Assembly: GCA_902517275.1 (NCBI GenBank)
Contig: CABYBQ010000002.1
Coordinates: 977-64,976, forward strand
Length of the DNA: 64,000 nucleotides
Direction: 5' to 3'
Origin: an uncultured SAR116 cluster alpha proteobacterium
GTDB lineage: Bacteria; Pseudomonadota; Alphaproteobacteria; Puniceispirillales; Marisalimonadaceae
The stretch's first letter is position 1, and every line of letters begins with the position of its first letter. Made by a program: the position numbers and the translations under genes. Shown here in pieces: positions 40,921 to 50,476 of this stretch. The notes under the pieces are model-generated. The model was not told where the DNA came from. It made no database searches and worked only from the letters and a program-made list of their open reading frames with translations.

Positions 40921-41070
40921 CTATTTCTTATTATTTAGATTATTAAATAAAAATTTAAATAATGTTTTCTTTTTATTATCTTGAATTTTCCATCTTTTTT
41001 TTAGAACTCTATAAAGAAATATAAAACCAAGACCTAAAATCAAATAAATGTAAGCTGTTGAATTTTCCAT
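40921..41070 (-). CDS. Small single-pass membrane protein (49 aa)
   Basis: MENSTAYIYLILGLGFIFLYRVLKKRWK..; hydrophobic helix followed by a basic tail; ATG 41070 preferred over TTG 41133. Confidence 0.55.
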   Translation of the reverse strand: MENSTAYIYLILGLGFIFLYRVLKKRWKIQDNKKKTLFKFLFNNLNNKK

Positions 41071-41144
41071 TGACCATTCTAAAAGTTTTTGAATGATATT
41101 AACTTGATATTTTATATTACAGAAGTCAAGCAAGCTGAGTAAAT

Positions 41145-41351
41145 TTAATAATGTGGTGGAACGTCATCAGAAATATTTAATTTATCTGTGTTATTATTTT
41201 GCATATTTTCTATATCTAATTTTAATGTTTTAATTTGCAACATAAGTTCTTGTATCTCTTTTTGTTGATTATAGATTTCGTCACTCATACTTATTATCTC
41301 ATTTTGAAAAAGAGTAATTTTTTCTTCAAGAATTTGAATTTTTTTGTTCAT
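41145..41351 (-). CDS. slyX: SlyX family protein
   Basis: Coiled coil LEEKITLFQ..QQKEI; C-terminal PPHY. Confidence 0.88.
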   Translation of the reverse strand: MNKKIQILEEKITLFQNEIISMSDEIYNQQKEIQELMLQIKTLKLDIENMQNNNTDKLNISDDVPPHY

Positions 41352-41439
41352 ATTGCTACTTATAATTTTAATTTATGGTATAAATAACTTATGAAGATTA
41401 TTGTTGGAATATTTTTATTTTTTTGCGTTTTAAACATAG

Positions 41440-42804
41440 CTATGTATTCATTATCTTTTTTTGGTTAATTTCACTATTCCAATCTGGTCCTAACATACAT
41501 AAACTTAAACCAATGCCAGTAATAGCAAGTCCAAATGATACCGCATAAAAAATATGACTTAAAGACCAATAAAATGTAATAGTAAGATAACAAACAACAG
41601 ATACAGTCAAAAATCTTATTATACCTACTATCACTGGAAAAAATATCTTACCAGTTCCCTGACTAGCAAAATATAATGTTTGTCCTGCTGCAAAAAAGCA
41701 GTAAAATGGACCAACTATTATTAAATAAAGAATAGCATATTTTTCAGATAAAATATTTGTTTCAAAATTGTATAACCAAAGTTCTGGAAAAATAGCTACT
41801 GCTATACTAATGACGCCGATAATAATAAAAGATATTATTGCACCAACCCAAGCAATTTTTTTTGCCCTGCTCATTTGATTTGCACCGGCATTAATACCAA
41901 CTGCAGCTGTAAGAACAGATCCGATACCAAATACTAATGGAGTAATTATAATTTCTAACCTACTTCCAAGACCGTAACCAGCAAGAGCTTCAATGCCATA
42001 ATGACTTACTGAAGCTGTTACGACGGCAACTGTTCCTGCAATTGTAATGCTATTGATTAGACCTCCAGCCCCTACTTTCATTATATCTAAAAAGGATTTT
42101 TTGTTTAGAGGGTAAGTTCTGAGCTTTATGGTTTTTTGTTTATATTTAATATAAAAATATAAATATATCATCATAAGGAAATGTGAAACAACCATGGCAA
42201 TTGCTGGCCCAATAATACCAAAACTTTTAAACCCAAACCAACCTACTGTAAAAACCCCACCTAAAAAGATCTGAAATAAGCAACCTAAAATTTGTACCTT
42301 TGCAGGAACAACAAATTCTCCCATAGCTCTTAAAATTGCTGAAAAAATATAGAGTAACCACGTTAAGACAGCTCCTCCAAAAGCAATCTGTGAAAAAACA
42401 ACAGCTCCGTCCAAAACATCATTGCTACCACCCATTAATGAATAAATGTGATTTGGTAGAAATCCAAATATTACTGTGTAAATTAATGACATAAAAATGC
42501 ATATTAGAACAGCATGCCAAATAGCTGAATTAGCATCTTCAATTAATCCTGCTCCTAAAAATCTTGAAATAGATGATGTACTTGCCCCACCAATTGCACC
42601 AGCAGACATCATTTGCATCAGTGTTAAAAATGGAAAAACTAAAGCTAAACTTGCGAGTGGGACATTTCCTAATTGTGAGACAAAATAGGCATCTGTTATT
42701 ATTATTAACACCATTGAAATTCCAGTGATTGAATTTGGCAATGAAAGTTTACAAATCATTTTTAAAACAGGACCGTTCAAAATCATATCAAGATTATTTT
42801 TCAT
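41440..42804 (-). CDS. MATE family efflux transporter
   Basis: TDAYFVSQLG..LASLALVFP, LAGYGLGSRLE; about 12 TM segments. Confidence 0.93.
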   Translation of the reverse strand: MKNNLDMILNGPVLKMICKLSLPNSITGISMVLIIITDAYFVSQLGNVPLASLALVFPFLTLMQMMSAGAIGGASTSSISRFLGAGLIEDANSAIWHAVLICIFMSLIYTVIFGFLPNHIYSLMGGSNDVLDGAVVFSQIAFGGAVLTWLLYIFSAILRAMGEFVVPAKVQILGCLFQIFLGGVFTVGWFGFKSFGIIGPAIAMVVSHFLMMIYLYFYIKYKQKTIKLRTYPLNKKSFLDIMKVGAGGLINSITIAGTVAVVTASVSHYGIEALAGYGLGSRLEIIITPLVFGIGSVLTAAVGINAGANQMSRAKKIAWVGAIISFIIIGVISIAVAIFPELWLYNFETNILSEKYAILYLIIVGPFYCFFAAGQTLYFASQGTGKIFFPVIVGIIRFLTVSVVCYLTITFYWSLSHIFYAVSFGLAITGIGLSLCMLGPDWNSEINQKKIMNT

Positions 42805-42842
42805 TGGCTAAACTTTTCGAAATGTTATCACTAAAACAAAAT

Positions 42843-43823
42843 CTAAATGGGCATAGGAGGACATCTTCCTTCAGCTTTAAGTACTTGAAAGGCCCTCAAC
42901 GTATTCTCAATCCCTTTTTCAACGGAAATGGAAGGATATTCACCAATATGATTTCTCAGAGGCAGATCATCTAAATCTGGAGGAAAAGGTAGCGATTGAC
43001 CAATACAGCTTACAGATGCATTTTCTTTTAACTTCTTAATTATAGATAACCCATTTTCTATTGTTTCACATGGACCATTAAGATTAAAAACGTGTGAGCC
43101 AACCATATCTTTGCTTACAGATGTGATAAATGCTAAAGCTGACTCACCTGCATATAACCAACTATATTTTCCAGTGTATGGTATTACAAAGCTTTCGCTT
43201 AGAGCTGCAGCTTGAATAGCAAGAGTGTTTTTTGAACTCATTCCTTGATCTCTAGCTAAACCATATACAATATTAGGTCTAATGCCGATAGATGGAACCT
43301 CCCAGTCAGCCCAATAAACAAAAGCTGTATGCTCATTAGCTAGTTTATATGCACCATATAACGTTTCTTTCCAAGAACCTTTTGGAGGCATTCCTAAGGC
43401 AGCAACCGACGAAGCATAGACAGTCCTCTTAATATTTGCTTCTTTAGCAATTTCAAGAATATTAATTGTGCCCTCTACATTGACACGAGCACCTAATGCT
43501 GGATCTGCCGCACAAAATGGTACTTGCAGACCTGCTAGATGAATTATAGCACCCGGATTAAAGCTTATGATAGTTTTCTTTAGCATTTTAAGATCGGTAA
43601 TGTCGCAAACTTGCCATTTGATTTTAGACGCTTCATTACCAAGAAGAAGTTTAAGTCGATCTTTATTATTGGACAAATCAAGAGCTATACAAGGAATGTT
43701 AGATCTATGTAGAATTGTAAGAATCCATGCTCCAATGCAACCACCAGCACCTGTAACAATTACAGGCCTGTCAAAATTATTATTTTTAATTAACAAATCA
43801 TCAGTTAAAAATTCTAAACTCAT
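42843..43823 (-). CDS. NAD-dependent epimerase/dehydratase
   Basis: TGAGGCIG, IHLAGLQVP, YASS, YGAYK. Confidence 0.92.
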   Translation of the reverse strand: MSLEFLTDDLLIKNNNFDRPVIVTGAGGCIGAWILTILHRSNIPCIALDLSNNKDRLKLLLGNEASKIKWQVCDITDLKMLKKTIISFNPGAIIHLAGLQVPFCAADPALGARVNVEGTINILEIAKEANIKRTVYASSVAALGMPPKGSWKETLYGAYKLANEHTAFVYWADWEVPSIGIRPNIVYGLARDQGMSSKNTLAIQAAALSESFVIPYTGKYSWLYAGESALAFITSVSKDMVGSHVFNLNGPCETIENGLSIIKKLKENASVSCIGQSLPFPPDLDDLPLRNHIGEYPSISVEKGIENTLRAFQVLKAEGRCPPMPI

Positions 43824-43889
43824 TATCTGCCCCCCTTATAAAATTATTCATTAGAGCCTCACATATTACTCAGATCTAATAAACAAAAT

Positions 43890-45029
43890 TTATTGTGTCT
43901 TATTTACAAATTTATTTATGTCAATTGCTAATTCTCTTGGTTTTTCCATAGCTGCAAAATGGCCGCCTGAAGTATGAGATGACCATAATACAATATTTTT
44001 ATAAAATTGAGATGCCAAACTAATTGGTGGTGAAAATATCTCTTTTGGAAATTCACTATAACCCATTGGAACATTGATTGGTGAATTTTTGTTAACAGGC
44101 CAATCAACCGATCTGTGACGCATAAAATATGGCCAAAAAGAGGCACCTATACATCCAGAAAACCAGTATAAAGATATATTAGCTAACATAGTATTTATAT
44201 TAATTTTATCAAATAGATCATTATCATTATCTGTCCAAGTATAAAATTTTTCAGCAATATATGCACATAACGCCACAGGAGATGAATTTAGAGCATGTGC
44301 TAATGTAAAGGGTTTAGTACCCTGAATTTGTTGATAGCCTGTCTCAAATTTCATAAAGTGTTTTAGCTTTTCATAATATATGGCTTCTTCTGGATTATTA
44401 GCTTCTTTATCAAGACCTCTAGGTAGCGGCAGCATATTCAAGTGAACACCTGAAATATTTTTTGGAGCGTTAACAGCCATAATCGAAGCTATAAATGATC
44501 CTAAATCACCACCTTGTATGAAATATTTTTCGTAGCCAAGGGTATTCATCAAGTCAATAAAATGGCTAGAAATTTCTTGCAAGCTCAATGGTTTTTGCGA
44601 TGGAGAAAATGAAAAACCTACATTTGGTAAAGTAGGAATTATTAAATCAAAAGGTTGATTACCTTCAAGACTATTTTTTTCAGGATTTGTTAGTAAAGGA
44701 ATTATATCTAAAAATTCAAAAAATGAACCAGGCCATCCATGAATTAAAAGAAGAGGCAGAGCATTCTCTTCAGTTGATTTTACATGCAAAAAATGTGTTT
44801 TTACACTATCCTTAGTAAAAATAAATTGATTAAATTTATTTAGATTACTTTCCTCTTTTTTCCATGAAAATTGATTTTTCCAGTAGTCAATTATGTATGA
44901 TAATTTACTAAATGAAATACCTGCATCATTGTTATAATCCGACCCCCAGTCTAAAAGTCTACCATTCGTAATTTTAAAATTTAAGTCTTCTAAAGCTTTA
45001 TTATCTACATTTGATTTAAATTTCTCCAT
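43890..45029 (-). CDS. Epoxide hydrolase (microsomal/EHN type)
   Basis: EHN-like N-terminus, HGWPGSF, QGGDLG, GGHFAAME. Confidence 0.94.
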   Translation of the reverse strand: MEKFKSNVDNKALEDLNFKITNGRLLDWGSDYNNDAGISFSKLSYIIDYWKNQFSWKKEESNLNKFNQFIFTKDSVKTHFLHVKSTEENALPLLLIHGWPGSFFEFLDIIPLLTNPEKNSLEGNQPFDLIIPTLPNVGFSFSPSQKPLSLQEISSHFIDLMNTLGYEKYFIQGGDLGSFIASIMAVNAPKNISGVHLNMLPLPRGLDKEANNPEEAIYYEKLKHFMKFETGYQQIQGTKPFTLAHALNSSPVALCAYIAEKFYTWTDNDNDLFDKININTMLANISLYWFSGCIGASFWPYFMRHRSVDWPVNKNSPINVPMGYSEFPKEIFSPPISLASQFYKNIVLWSSHTSGGHFAAMEKPRELAIDINKFVNKTQ

Positions 45030-45099
45030 TTCAGTTCAACCCTTTAAAAGATGTAAAATATTTTATTGTAAAACTTTGGTTATAAACTAATATAAAATA

Positions 45100-45651
45100 A
45101 TGAATAAAATTATTATTAAAGTCTTCTTTTTTTTTAATTTATTAATTTTTTCCAGTTTTTCATCATTAGCTGAGACCTTTGTTTATTCTGGTGGCTGTTT
45201 TTGGTGTACAGAAGCAGATACTGAAAAATTGAAGGGGGTTAATGAGGTAATAAGTGGCTTCACTGCAGGTACTACAAAAGATCCTAAATACATCCCTGGG
45301 CAATGGGGAGATCATCGTGAAGCTGCTTTAGTTGAATATAACCCTAAAATAATTAGTTTCAAAGAGTTAGTAGTTCATGTGTTTAAAACAATTGATTATG
45401 AAGATAATAACGGACAGTTTTGTGACCGTGGAAGATCTTATAGTCCGGCTATTTATTATAAAACAAATGAAGAAAAATCTATTATCTTATCGTTAGCTCC
45501 AAAAACATCTATAGTACCTATAGAAAAAGAGACTAAGTTTTATCCAGTTAGATTAGAACATCAAGATTATTATAAAAAGCAAAGTTACAAATATGAATAC
45601 TACAGATTCATGTGTAGACGTGACAAACGCTTAGAGCAGCTCAATAACTAA
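45100..45651 (+). CDS. msrA: Exported peptide-methionine (S)-S-oxide reductase
   Basis: Signal peptide, then GGCFWCTEAD, H.EA, GQFCDRG, HQDYY. Confidence 0.93.
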   Translation: MNKIIIKVFFFFNLLIFSSFSSLAETFVYSGGCFWCTEADTEKLKGVNEVISGFTAGTTKDPKYIPGQWGDHREAALVEYNPKIISFKELVVHVFKTIDYEDNNGQFCDRGRSYSPAIYYKTNEEKSIILSLAPKTSIVPIEKETKFYPVRLEHQDYYKKQSYKYEYYRFMCRRDKRLEQLNN

Positions 45652-45656
45652 ATTAA

Positions 45657-46256
45657 TTATATTTTTGCAAAATTTCTATTGCCTCTTGGATCAACCCAAC
45701 CAATTAGACCATCATCTCTTTTATAAACCATGTTTAATCCACTATGTTTTTTATTTCTAAACATTAAAGCTGAAATATTTCCCATTTTCATTTTTTCTAG
45801 AGCGTCTATGACAGTCAATTCTTCAATTTCAGTATCCAACTCTGCAAAAATAAGTGGTTCTTGATAATTTGTTTCTTTTTGTTTTGAAATTGACGTCGGA
45901 GGTTCATTAATTATGTGAAATTGAGCATTTAAGGAGTTTGCTTTATTATTATTTTCATTATTTTTATAATTTTTAATTTTTCTTTTATATCTTCGTAATT
46001 GTTTTGACAATTTTTCTAAGGTTTCATTGAATGCTAGTTTAGCAGTTTGTCCAGAGGATTGAGCTGTAAACTCCATTTTTTTATTAATATGAAGTACAAT
46101 TATTATATGAAATAATTTGTTATTTTTAGAAACACTTATTATTGATGAGATTGGTTTAGGAAAATATTTTTGGATTGATTCTAAAAGATTTAATTCTGCA
46201 TATTTGGAAAAAGTTTCACCAACTTTAACTTGCTTTCCAAATATTTTAAAGTTCAT
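45657..46256 (-). CDS. hpf: Ribosome hibernation promoting factor (long form)
   Basis: N-terminal S30AE domain (KQLRRYKRK) and C-terminal MFRN..LNMVYKRDDG.IGWVDP; AGGAG RBS. Confidence 0.92.
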   Translation of the reverse strand: MNFKIFGKQVKVGETFSKYAELNLLESIQKYFPKPISSIISVSKNNKLFHIIIVLHINKKMEFTAQSSGQTAKLAFNETLEKLSKQLRRYKRKIKNYKNNENNNKANSLNAQFHIINEPPTSISKQKETNYQEPLIFAELDTEIEELTVIDALEKMKMGNISALMFRNKKHSGLNMVYKRDDGLIGWVDPRGNRNFAKI

Positions 46257-46279
46257 ATATAACTCCTAAATACCTAATT

Positions 46280-46311
46280 ATTATAACAGAACTATAATAA
46301 GTTTTTGTCAA
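46280..46311 (-). promoter_or_regulatory. Candidate hpf promoter (extended -10)
   Basis: TGTTATAAT (TGn-TATAAT) at 46288-46280; TTGACA lies 20 nt upstream of the hexamer. Confidence 0.45.
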
Positions 46312-46383
46312 TATTTTTATTTTTAATATTGAGTTGATATAAATTAATATTACTGAAGTTTTATAGTTTATGAGGAGTAAAAC

Positions 46384-46686
46384 ATGTCAGCTTACCTTAT
46401 TGTTAAATCTGATACTAGTCAGATAGATAGTAAAGATTTTGATTATTGGTATGAAAATGAACATTTATATGAAGCTAAGAAACAGTTTATGGCTAAAAAT
46501 GCAAAAAGAGGGTGGGTAGAAAATTCAAATTTTCATCTTGCTATATATGAATTTGAAAATATTAAAAAAGCAAAAAATGCAATGGATTCAGAAAAATTAA
46601 AATCACTTATAAAAAAATTTGATAAAAAATGGGATTTTAAAGTTACCAGAACACGTGAATTAGTCAGTTTAACTCAAATTATATAA
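46384..46686 (+). CDS. Hypothetical protein, dimeric alpha-beta barrel (EthD-like)
   Basis: FD.WYE.EHL.EA, HLAIYEF pattern; GAGGAG RBS. Confidence 0.75.
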   Translation: MSAYLIVKSDTSQIDSKDFDYWYENEHLYEAKKQFMAKNAKRGWVENSNFHLAIYEFENIKKAKNAMDSEKLKSLIKKFDKKWDFKVTRTRELVSLTQII

Positions 46687-46696
46687 ATCTTTAATT

Positions 46697-47089
46697 TTAA
46701 ATTTCGTTAGAGATTTCAATTAAATTATTATCAGGATCTCTTATGTAAATAGATTTTATCGGGCCATTTGCTCCTGTTTTAATTAATGGGCCCTCTTCAA
46801 TTTGAATTTGTGAGTTTTTAAAAATCTTCATCCATTGATCTATTGATTTCATACTCACAAAACAAATATCCATAGATCCAGGAGTTGGATTTGATGCATG
46901 CGGTTCAAATGGTTTTAAATTTTTGTGTAAATTAATTTTTTGGTTACCAAACTTGAGTGATTTTCTTTTGATATTATGAGAAGTTGATGTAAAATCGTTT
47001 AGCTCTATTCCTAATATATTAGTGTAACAATCTATAGATAAATTAATGTCATTTACTGTTATTACAACGTGATCGATAAATAGTGTCAT
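46697..47089 (-). CDS. VOC/glyoxalase family protein (YaeR/STM3117/GLOD5-like)
   Basis: IDHVVITV, FGNQKINLH, PGSMDICF, EEGP..KTGA.GPI.SIYIRDPDNNLIEIS. Confidence 0.93.
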   Translation of the reverse strand: MTLFIDHVVITVNDINLSIDCYTNILGIELNDFTSTSHNIKRKSLKFGNQKINLHKNLKPFEPHASNPTPGSMDICFVSMKSIDQWMKIFKNSQIQIEEGPLIKTGANGPIKSIYIRDPDNNLIEISNEI

Positions 47090-47169
47090 TAATTCCCTTC
47101 AATAAAACATTTTACATAATATTTTAAGTTAATAGAATAATGTTTAGAAATAAATAGAAAGTATAATTT

Positions 47170-47577
47170 ATGAAATTTTTTAAAGTTAATTTTATTTTAT
47201 TAATTTTTATTATTTTTTTATTTCCCTCTAAATTAATTGCAAATGATATATATTTACCATCAGCTGGCTTTGACTGCAGTGATGATAATTACAAATTTGA
47301 GTTTCTTTTTGATAGATCAAAAGATATGGATAATCCAAAAGCATATAGACGAATTAATGGTAAATTTATTGAAATAGGAAATCTTTTAGCTGAAAAACAA
47401 GGTGCTTATGTGATTTGGGAAGATAAAGATTTTTTTAAAACAACTGATTTTGCATGGACTTTTGACAAGGTTACCTCGAAGCTGTCATCTATAGTACTAA
47501 GTGTCGGCCTTGGGATCGAAAAATTAGATAAGATACCTAAACCAATGACCTGTATGCAAAAAATATTTTATTACTAA
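47170..47577 (+). CDS. Hypothetical exported protein
   Basis: Signal-peptide-like N-terminus; two Cys near the two ends of the mature part; no family recognised. Confidence 0.75.
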   Translation: MKFFKVNFILLIFIIFLFPSKLIANDIYLPSAGFDCSDDNYKFEFLFDRSKDMDNPKAYRRINGKFIEIGNLLAEKQGAYVIWEDKDFFKTTDFAWTFDKVTSKLSSIVLSVGLGIEKLDKIPKPMTCMQKIFYY

Positions 47578-47627
47578 TTTTTGATAGTTTTTAAATTAAA
47601 TTTATACAAATTTTTAATACATTTGTT

Positions 47628-47656
47628 TTGACTTAAGTATTTTTAAGTAATAAATA
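47628..47656 (+). promoter_or_regulatory. Candidate tRNA promoter
   Basis: TTGACT-N17-TAAATA upstream of the tRNA. Confidence 0.4.
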
Positions 47657-47672
47657 ATAAAAATATAACTAT

Positions 47673-47749
47673 GGACGCGTAGCTCAGCTGGATAGAGCAA
47701 CTGCCTTCTAAGCAGTAGGTCAGAGGTTCGAATCCTCTCGCGTTCACCA
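47673..47749 (+). tRNA. tRNA-Arg, anticodon TCT
   Basis: Acceptor GGACGCG/CGCGTTC + ACCA; D arm GCTC..GAGC; anticodon arm ACTGC-CTTCTAA-GCAGT; T arm AGAGG-TTCGAAT-CCTCT; 77 nt. Confidence 0.98.
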
Positions 47750-47770
47750 TTAATCTTTGAGGTGATTTTA

Positions 47771-47941
47771 ATGTTTGGATTAGGTTTATTAAAAGGAACA
47801 GCAATAGGATTAACTAGCGGTATCGTAATTGGTTTGGTGATAAAAGAAGCATGTAAACAAATGAAAAATAAAAAAAATCATACAATTAACAATAATTCAA
47901 CAGTTGACACGTCTGGAGTAAATAGTGTTGACAAAAAATAA
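47771..47941 (+). CDS. Small glycine-zipper membrane protein (56 aa)
   Basis: Hand-translated MFGLGLLKGTAIGLTSGIVIGLVIKEACKQMKNKKNHTINNNSTVDTSGVNSVDKK; strong GAGGTGA RBS. Confidence 0.75.
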   Translation: MFGLGLLKGTAIGLTSGIVIGLVIKEACKQMKNKKNHTINNNSTVDTSGVNSVDKK

Positions 47942-47964
47942 TACAAATAAAATATATTTTTAAC

Positions 47965-48897
47965 TTAACTGTTTTTCCAACTTGAATACCACTTTATAAA
48001 TAAATCATATTGTTTTTTTGCGTACATTTTTTGGCTATCACTTAATTTGTCTGTTGGATTAAAATGTAAATCGTAACCTTTATCGCCGTTAAGAACCATT
48101 AAAAATTTATAATAAAGAACTAAGTCGGGACCTTCATCAAATGATGATAAAATAGCCAACGCATCTTCAAGTTCTATAGCTTTTGATCTTGAAACAGGGT
48201 CACCAGTAGCTGCTTTTTCACATAAATTTATTAAATGCAACACTTCATTCGGGAAAGCATTACCAACGCCAGTTATTGCACCTACTGCACCACAATTGAC
48301 GTAACCATGAAAAACTGTTGTATCAACACCTATCATTAATGATATATTTTCATCTTGCGATGTAATATTTTCTGCTGCATAGGTTAAATCTTTTGAGCCT
48401 CCAAATTCCTTGAATCCAACCAAATTTGGAAATTCTCGCCTTAAATCAAAAAATAGATCTGCTTTTGTTGAGAAACCATAATAATGACTATTGTAGATTA
48501 CTGCTGGTAGGTCTGGTGCTGCGCTTAATATCGAAGCAAAATGAGATCTTTGAGCTATTAATGACGGTCCCCTTGAGAGTACTCTTGGTATAACCATTAG
48601 ACCAAGCGCTCCTACCTCTTGGGCGTGCTGTGCATGAGCTGTCGCTTTTTTTGAATTAATAGCTCCTGTCCCTACAATTGTGGGAATACCTGCATTTACT
48701 AATTTAGCAACACCTTGTTGCCTCTGCTCGTCTGAAAGGAGTGGCCAATCACCCATAGAGCCGCAGTAAATCACTGCTGACATTCCAGTGTCGATTAATT
48801 CTTTAGCTTTACCAAGAAGTAATTCAAAGTTTGGAGAATAATCATTATTACAAGGTGTCATAAGCGCTGGCATACACCCTTTGAACACATTATTCAT
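47965..48897 (-). CDS. hypD: DHDPS-family lyase, probable Delta1-pyrroline-4-hydroxy-2-carboxylate deaminase
   Basis: PALMTPC, YCGSMGDWPLL, IPRVLSRG, GFKEFGG, FDEGPDLVLY match the HypD/LhpC subfamily as I recall it. Confidence 0.75.
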   Translation of the reverse strand: MNNVFKGCMPALMTPCNNDYSPNFELLLGKAKELIDTGMSAVIYCGSMGDWPLLSDEQRQQGVAKLVNAGIPTIVGTGAINSKKATAHAQHAQEVGALGLMVIPRVLSRGPSLIAQRSHFASILSAAPDLPAVIYNSHYYGFSTKADLFFDLRREFPNLVGFKEFGGSKDLTYAAENITSQDENISLMIGVDTTVFHGYVNCGAVGAITGVGNAFPNEVLHLINLCEKAATGDPVSRSKAIELEDALAILSSFDEGPDLVLYYKFLMVLNGDKGYDLHFNPTDKLSDSQKMYAKKQYDLFIKWYSSWKNS

Positions 48898-48953
48898 TTT
48901 ATACCCCCAACATAAAGAACTATTTTTTAAAGAAAAATTTTAATAATTAAAAT

Positions 48954-49718
48954 TTATCCATTTATAGAATAACCGCCGTCTACTGGTATAGCTGTTCCAG
49001 TAATATAATTAGATCCCTCACTTGATAAAAACACAGCTATGCCACCTAAATCATCTGGCTCTCCCCATCGACCTACTGGTGTTCTCTCTTCAACTCTACT
49101 TTGAAGTTCTGGAATATCTATCCTCGCCTGTCGAGTTAGTGATGTATCTATGTAACCTGGAAGTACTGCGTTTACTTGAACATTATCTTTTGCCCAAGCA
49201 TTAGCAAGACTTTTTGTTAATTGAACAACTCCACCTTTACTAGCAGAATAGGCACTACCGAGCGGGGCACCAAACAAAGAATGCATTGAACCAATGTTTA
49301 TAATTTTTCCACCATTAGCATCTTTAAAATGCTTAAAAGAAGCCTTGGAACATGTAAACATGCTTATTAAATTTGTGTCTATTATTCCTTTCCACTCATC
49401 AAGTTCGTATTCCTCAGGTCTCTTTCTAATATTAGTCCCTGCATTATTTACTAATATATTTAATTTGCCAAAGTTACTAATGACATTCTCAATCAGTTTA
49501 TTGCATGAGTTCTCGTCAACAACATCAACTTGAAAGGATTTACATTCTATATTTTGAGAATTTAAAATTTTAATTGATTGAGTGTTTTTCTCTTCATTTC
49601 TACCAGCTATTATAATTTTAGCTCCAGCTTCTCCCATAGCTTTTGACATCGCTAAACCGATACCTCCATTTCCACCAGTAACTAGAGCAACTTTTCCTGT
49701 TAGATCAAAAAGTTTCAT
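48954..49718 (-). CDS. SDR oxidoreductase (KduD/gluconate dehydrogenase-like)
   Basis: LFDLTGKVALVTGGNGGIG, NNAG, YSASK, RWGEP.DL.G. Confidence 0.93.
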   Translation of the reverse strand: MKLFDLTGKVALVTGGNGGIGLAMSKAMGEAGAKIIIAGRNEEKNTQSIKILNSQNIECKSFQVDVVDENSCNKLIENVISNFGKLNILVNNAGTNIRKRPEEYELDEWKGIIDTNLISMFTCSKASFKHFKDANGGKIINIGSMHSLFGAPLGSAYSASKGGVVQLTKSLANAWAKDNVQVNAVLPGYIDTSLTRQARIDIPELQSRVEERTPVGRWGEPDDLGGIAVFLSSEGSNYITGTAIPVDGGYSING

Positions 49719-49734
49719 TTCAAATTCCTTCCTA

Positions 49735-50454
49735 TTACCAATTTTCTTTAGATGTTCTTATATCTAATTCAAAAGTCCACGCATTTTTATTTTGATTATA
49801 TAAATACATGTAAGCATCAGTGACACTATCTATATCTATTAATTTTCCATCTTTTACTCTTTCATCAAAATCAGACACTCTTTGTTTTATCCTCTCACCT
49901 GCCAAACCTCCATCAACAATAATATGACCTACATGAATTGAGTTTTCAGCATATTCTTTTGCAATTGCTTGGGCTAAATTACGAAGAGCACCTTTTGCTG
50001 AATTAAATGCTCCAAAGTTTGATTTACCCCTTAAAGACGCACTAGCACCTGTAAACAAAAGTGTGCCAGGGGTATTCTCTTTTAAAAATACTTTTATGAC
50101 TTCTTTGGCAAATAAAAATCCACCATAGCATCCAGATTCCCAACTCTGCCTAAAATAACTTGGCTCCATGTCAATTATTTTGCCAGGTGTACTATTCCCA
50201 ACATTGTAGACAGCAAAATCTAAACCTGAACCAATTTCTCTAATCATCATTTTGATTTGATTTTCATCTGTTGTATCAACAACTATTGGTTTAGCGTAAT
50301 TACCTTCTTCGATAATACTTTCTACGACTTTATTTAATGACTTAATTGTTCTACCCGCTACAAATACTTCAAAGTTGTTTTGAGCAATTTTTTTACAAAG
50401 TTGTCCACCAAGACCATTAAGAGGTCCAACACCTATAACTAAAGCTTTTTTCAT
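49735..50454 (-). CDS. Atypical SDR oxidoreductase
   Basis: GVGPLNGLG, FTGASASLRG, FNSAK (F in place of the catalytic Y), AWTFELDIR. Confidence 0.9.
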   Translation of the reverse strand: MKKALVIGVGPLNGLGGQLCKKIAQNNFEVFVAGRTIKSLNKVVESIIEEGNYAKPIVVDTTDENQIKMMIREIGSGLDFAVYNVGNSTPGKIIDMEPSYFRQSWESGCYGGFLFAKEVIKVFLKENTPGTLLFTGASASLRGKSNFGAFNSAKGALRNLAQAIAKEYAENSIHVGHIIVDGGLAGERIKQRVSDFDERVKDGKLIDIDSVTDAYMYLYNQNKNAWTFELDIRTSKENW

Positions 50455-50476
50455 TTTATATAATATGCCTTCTTTG

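Noticed and set aside
41391-41468. 25-aa hydrophobic + strand ORF (MKIIVGIFLFFCVLNIAMYSLSFFG)
   Set aside because: No RBS, overlaps the MATE 3' end, and T-rich DNA yields hydrophobic peptides by chance
19744-45651. Selenocysteine recoding in redox proteins (DsbA-like, GSTs, MsrA)
   Set aside because: The frames are open through the active sites (Cys codons in the DsbA-like protein and MsrA), with no in-frame TGA interruptions
47673-47960. tRNA-Arg as an integration site or genomic island boundary
   Set aside because: No integrase, no duplicated tRNA 3' end noticed, and no visible compositional shift
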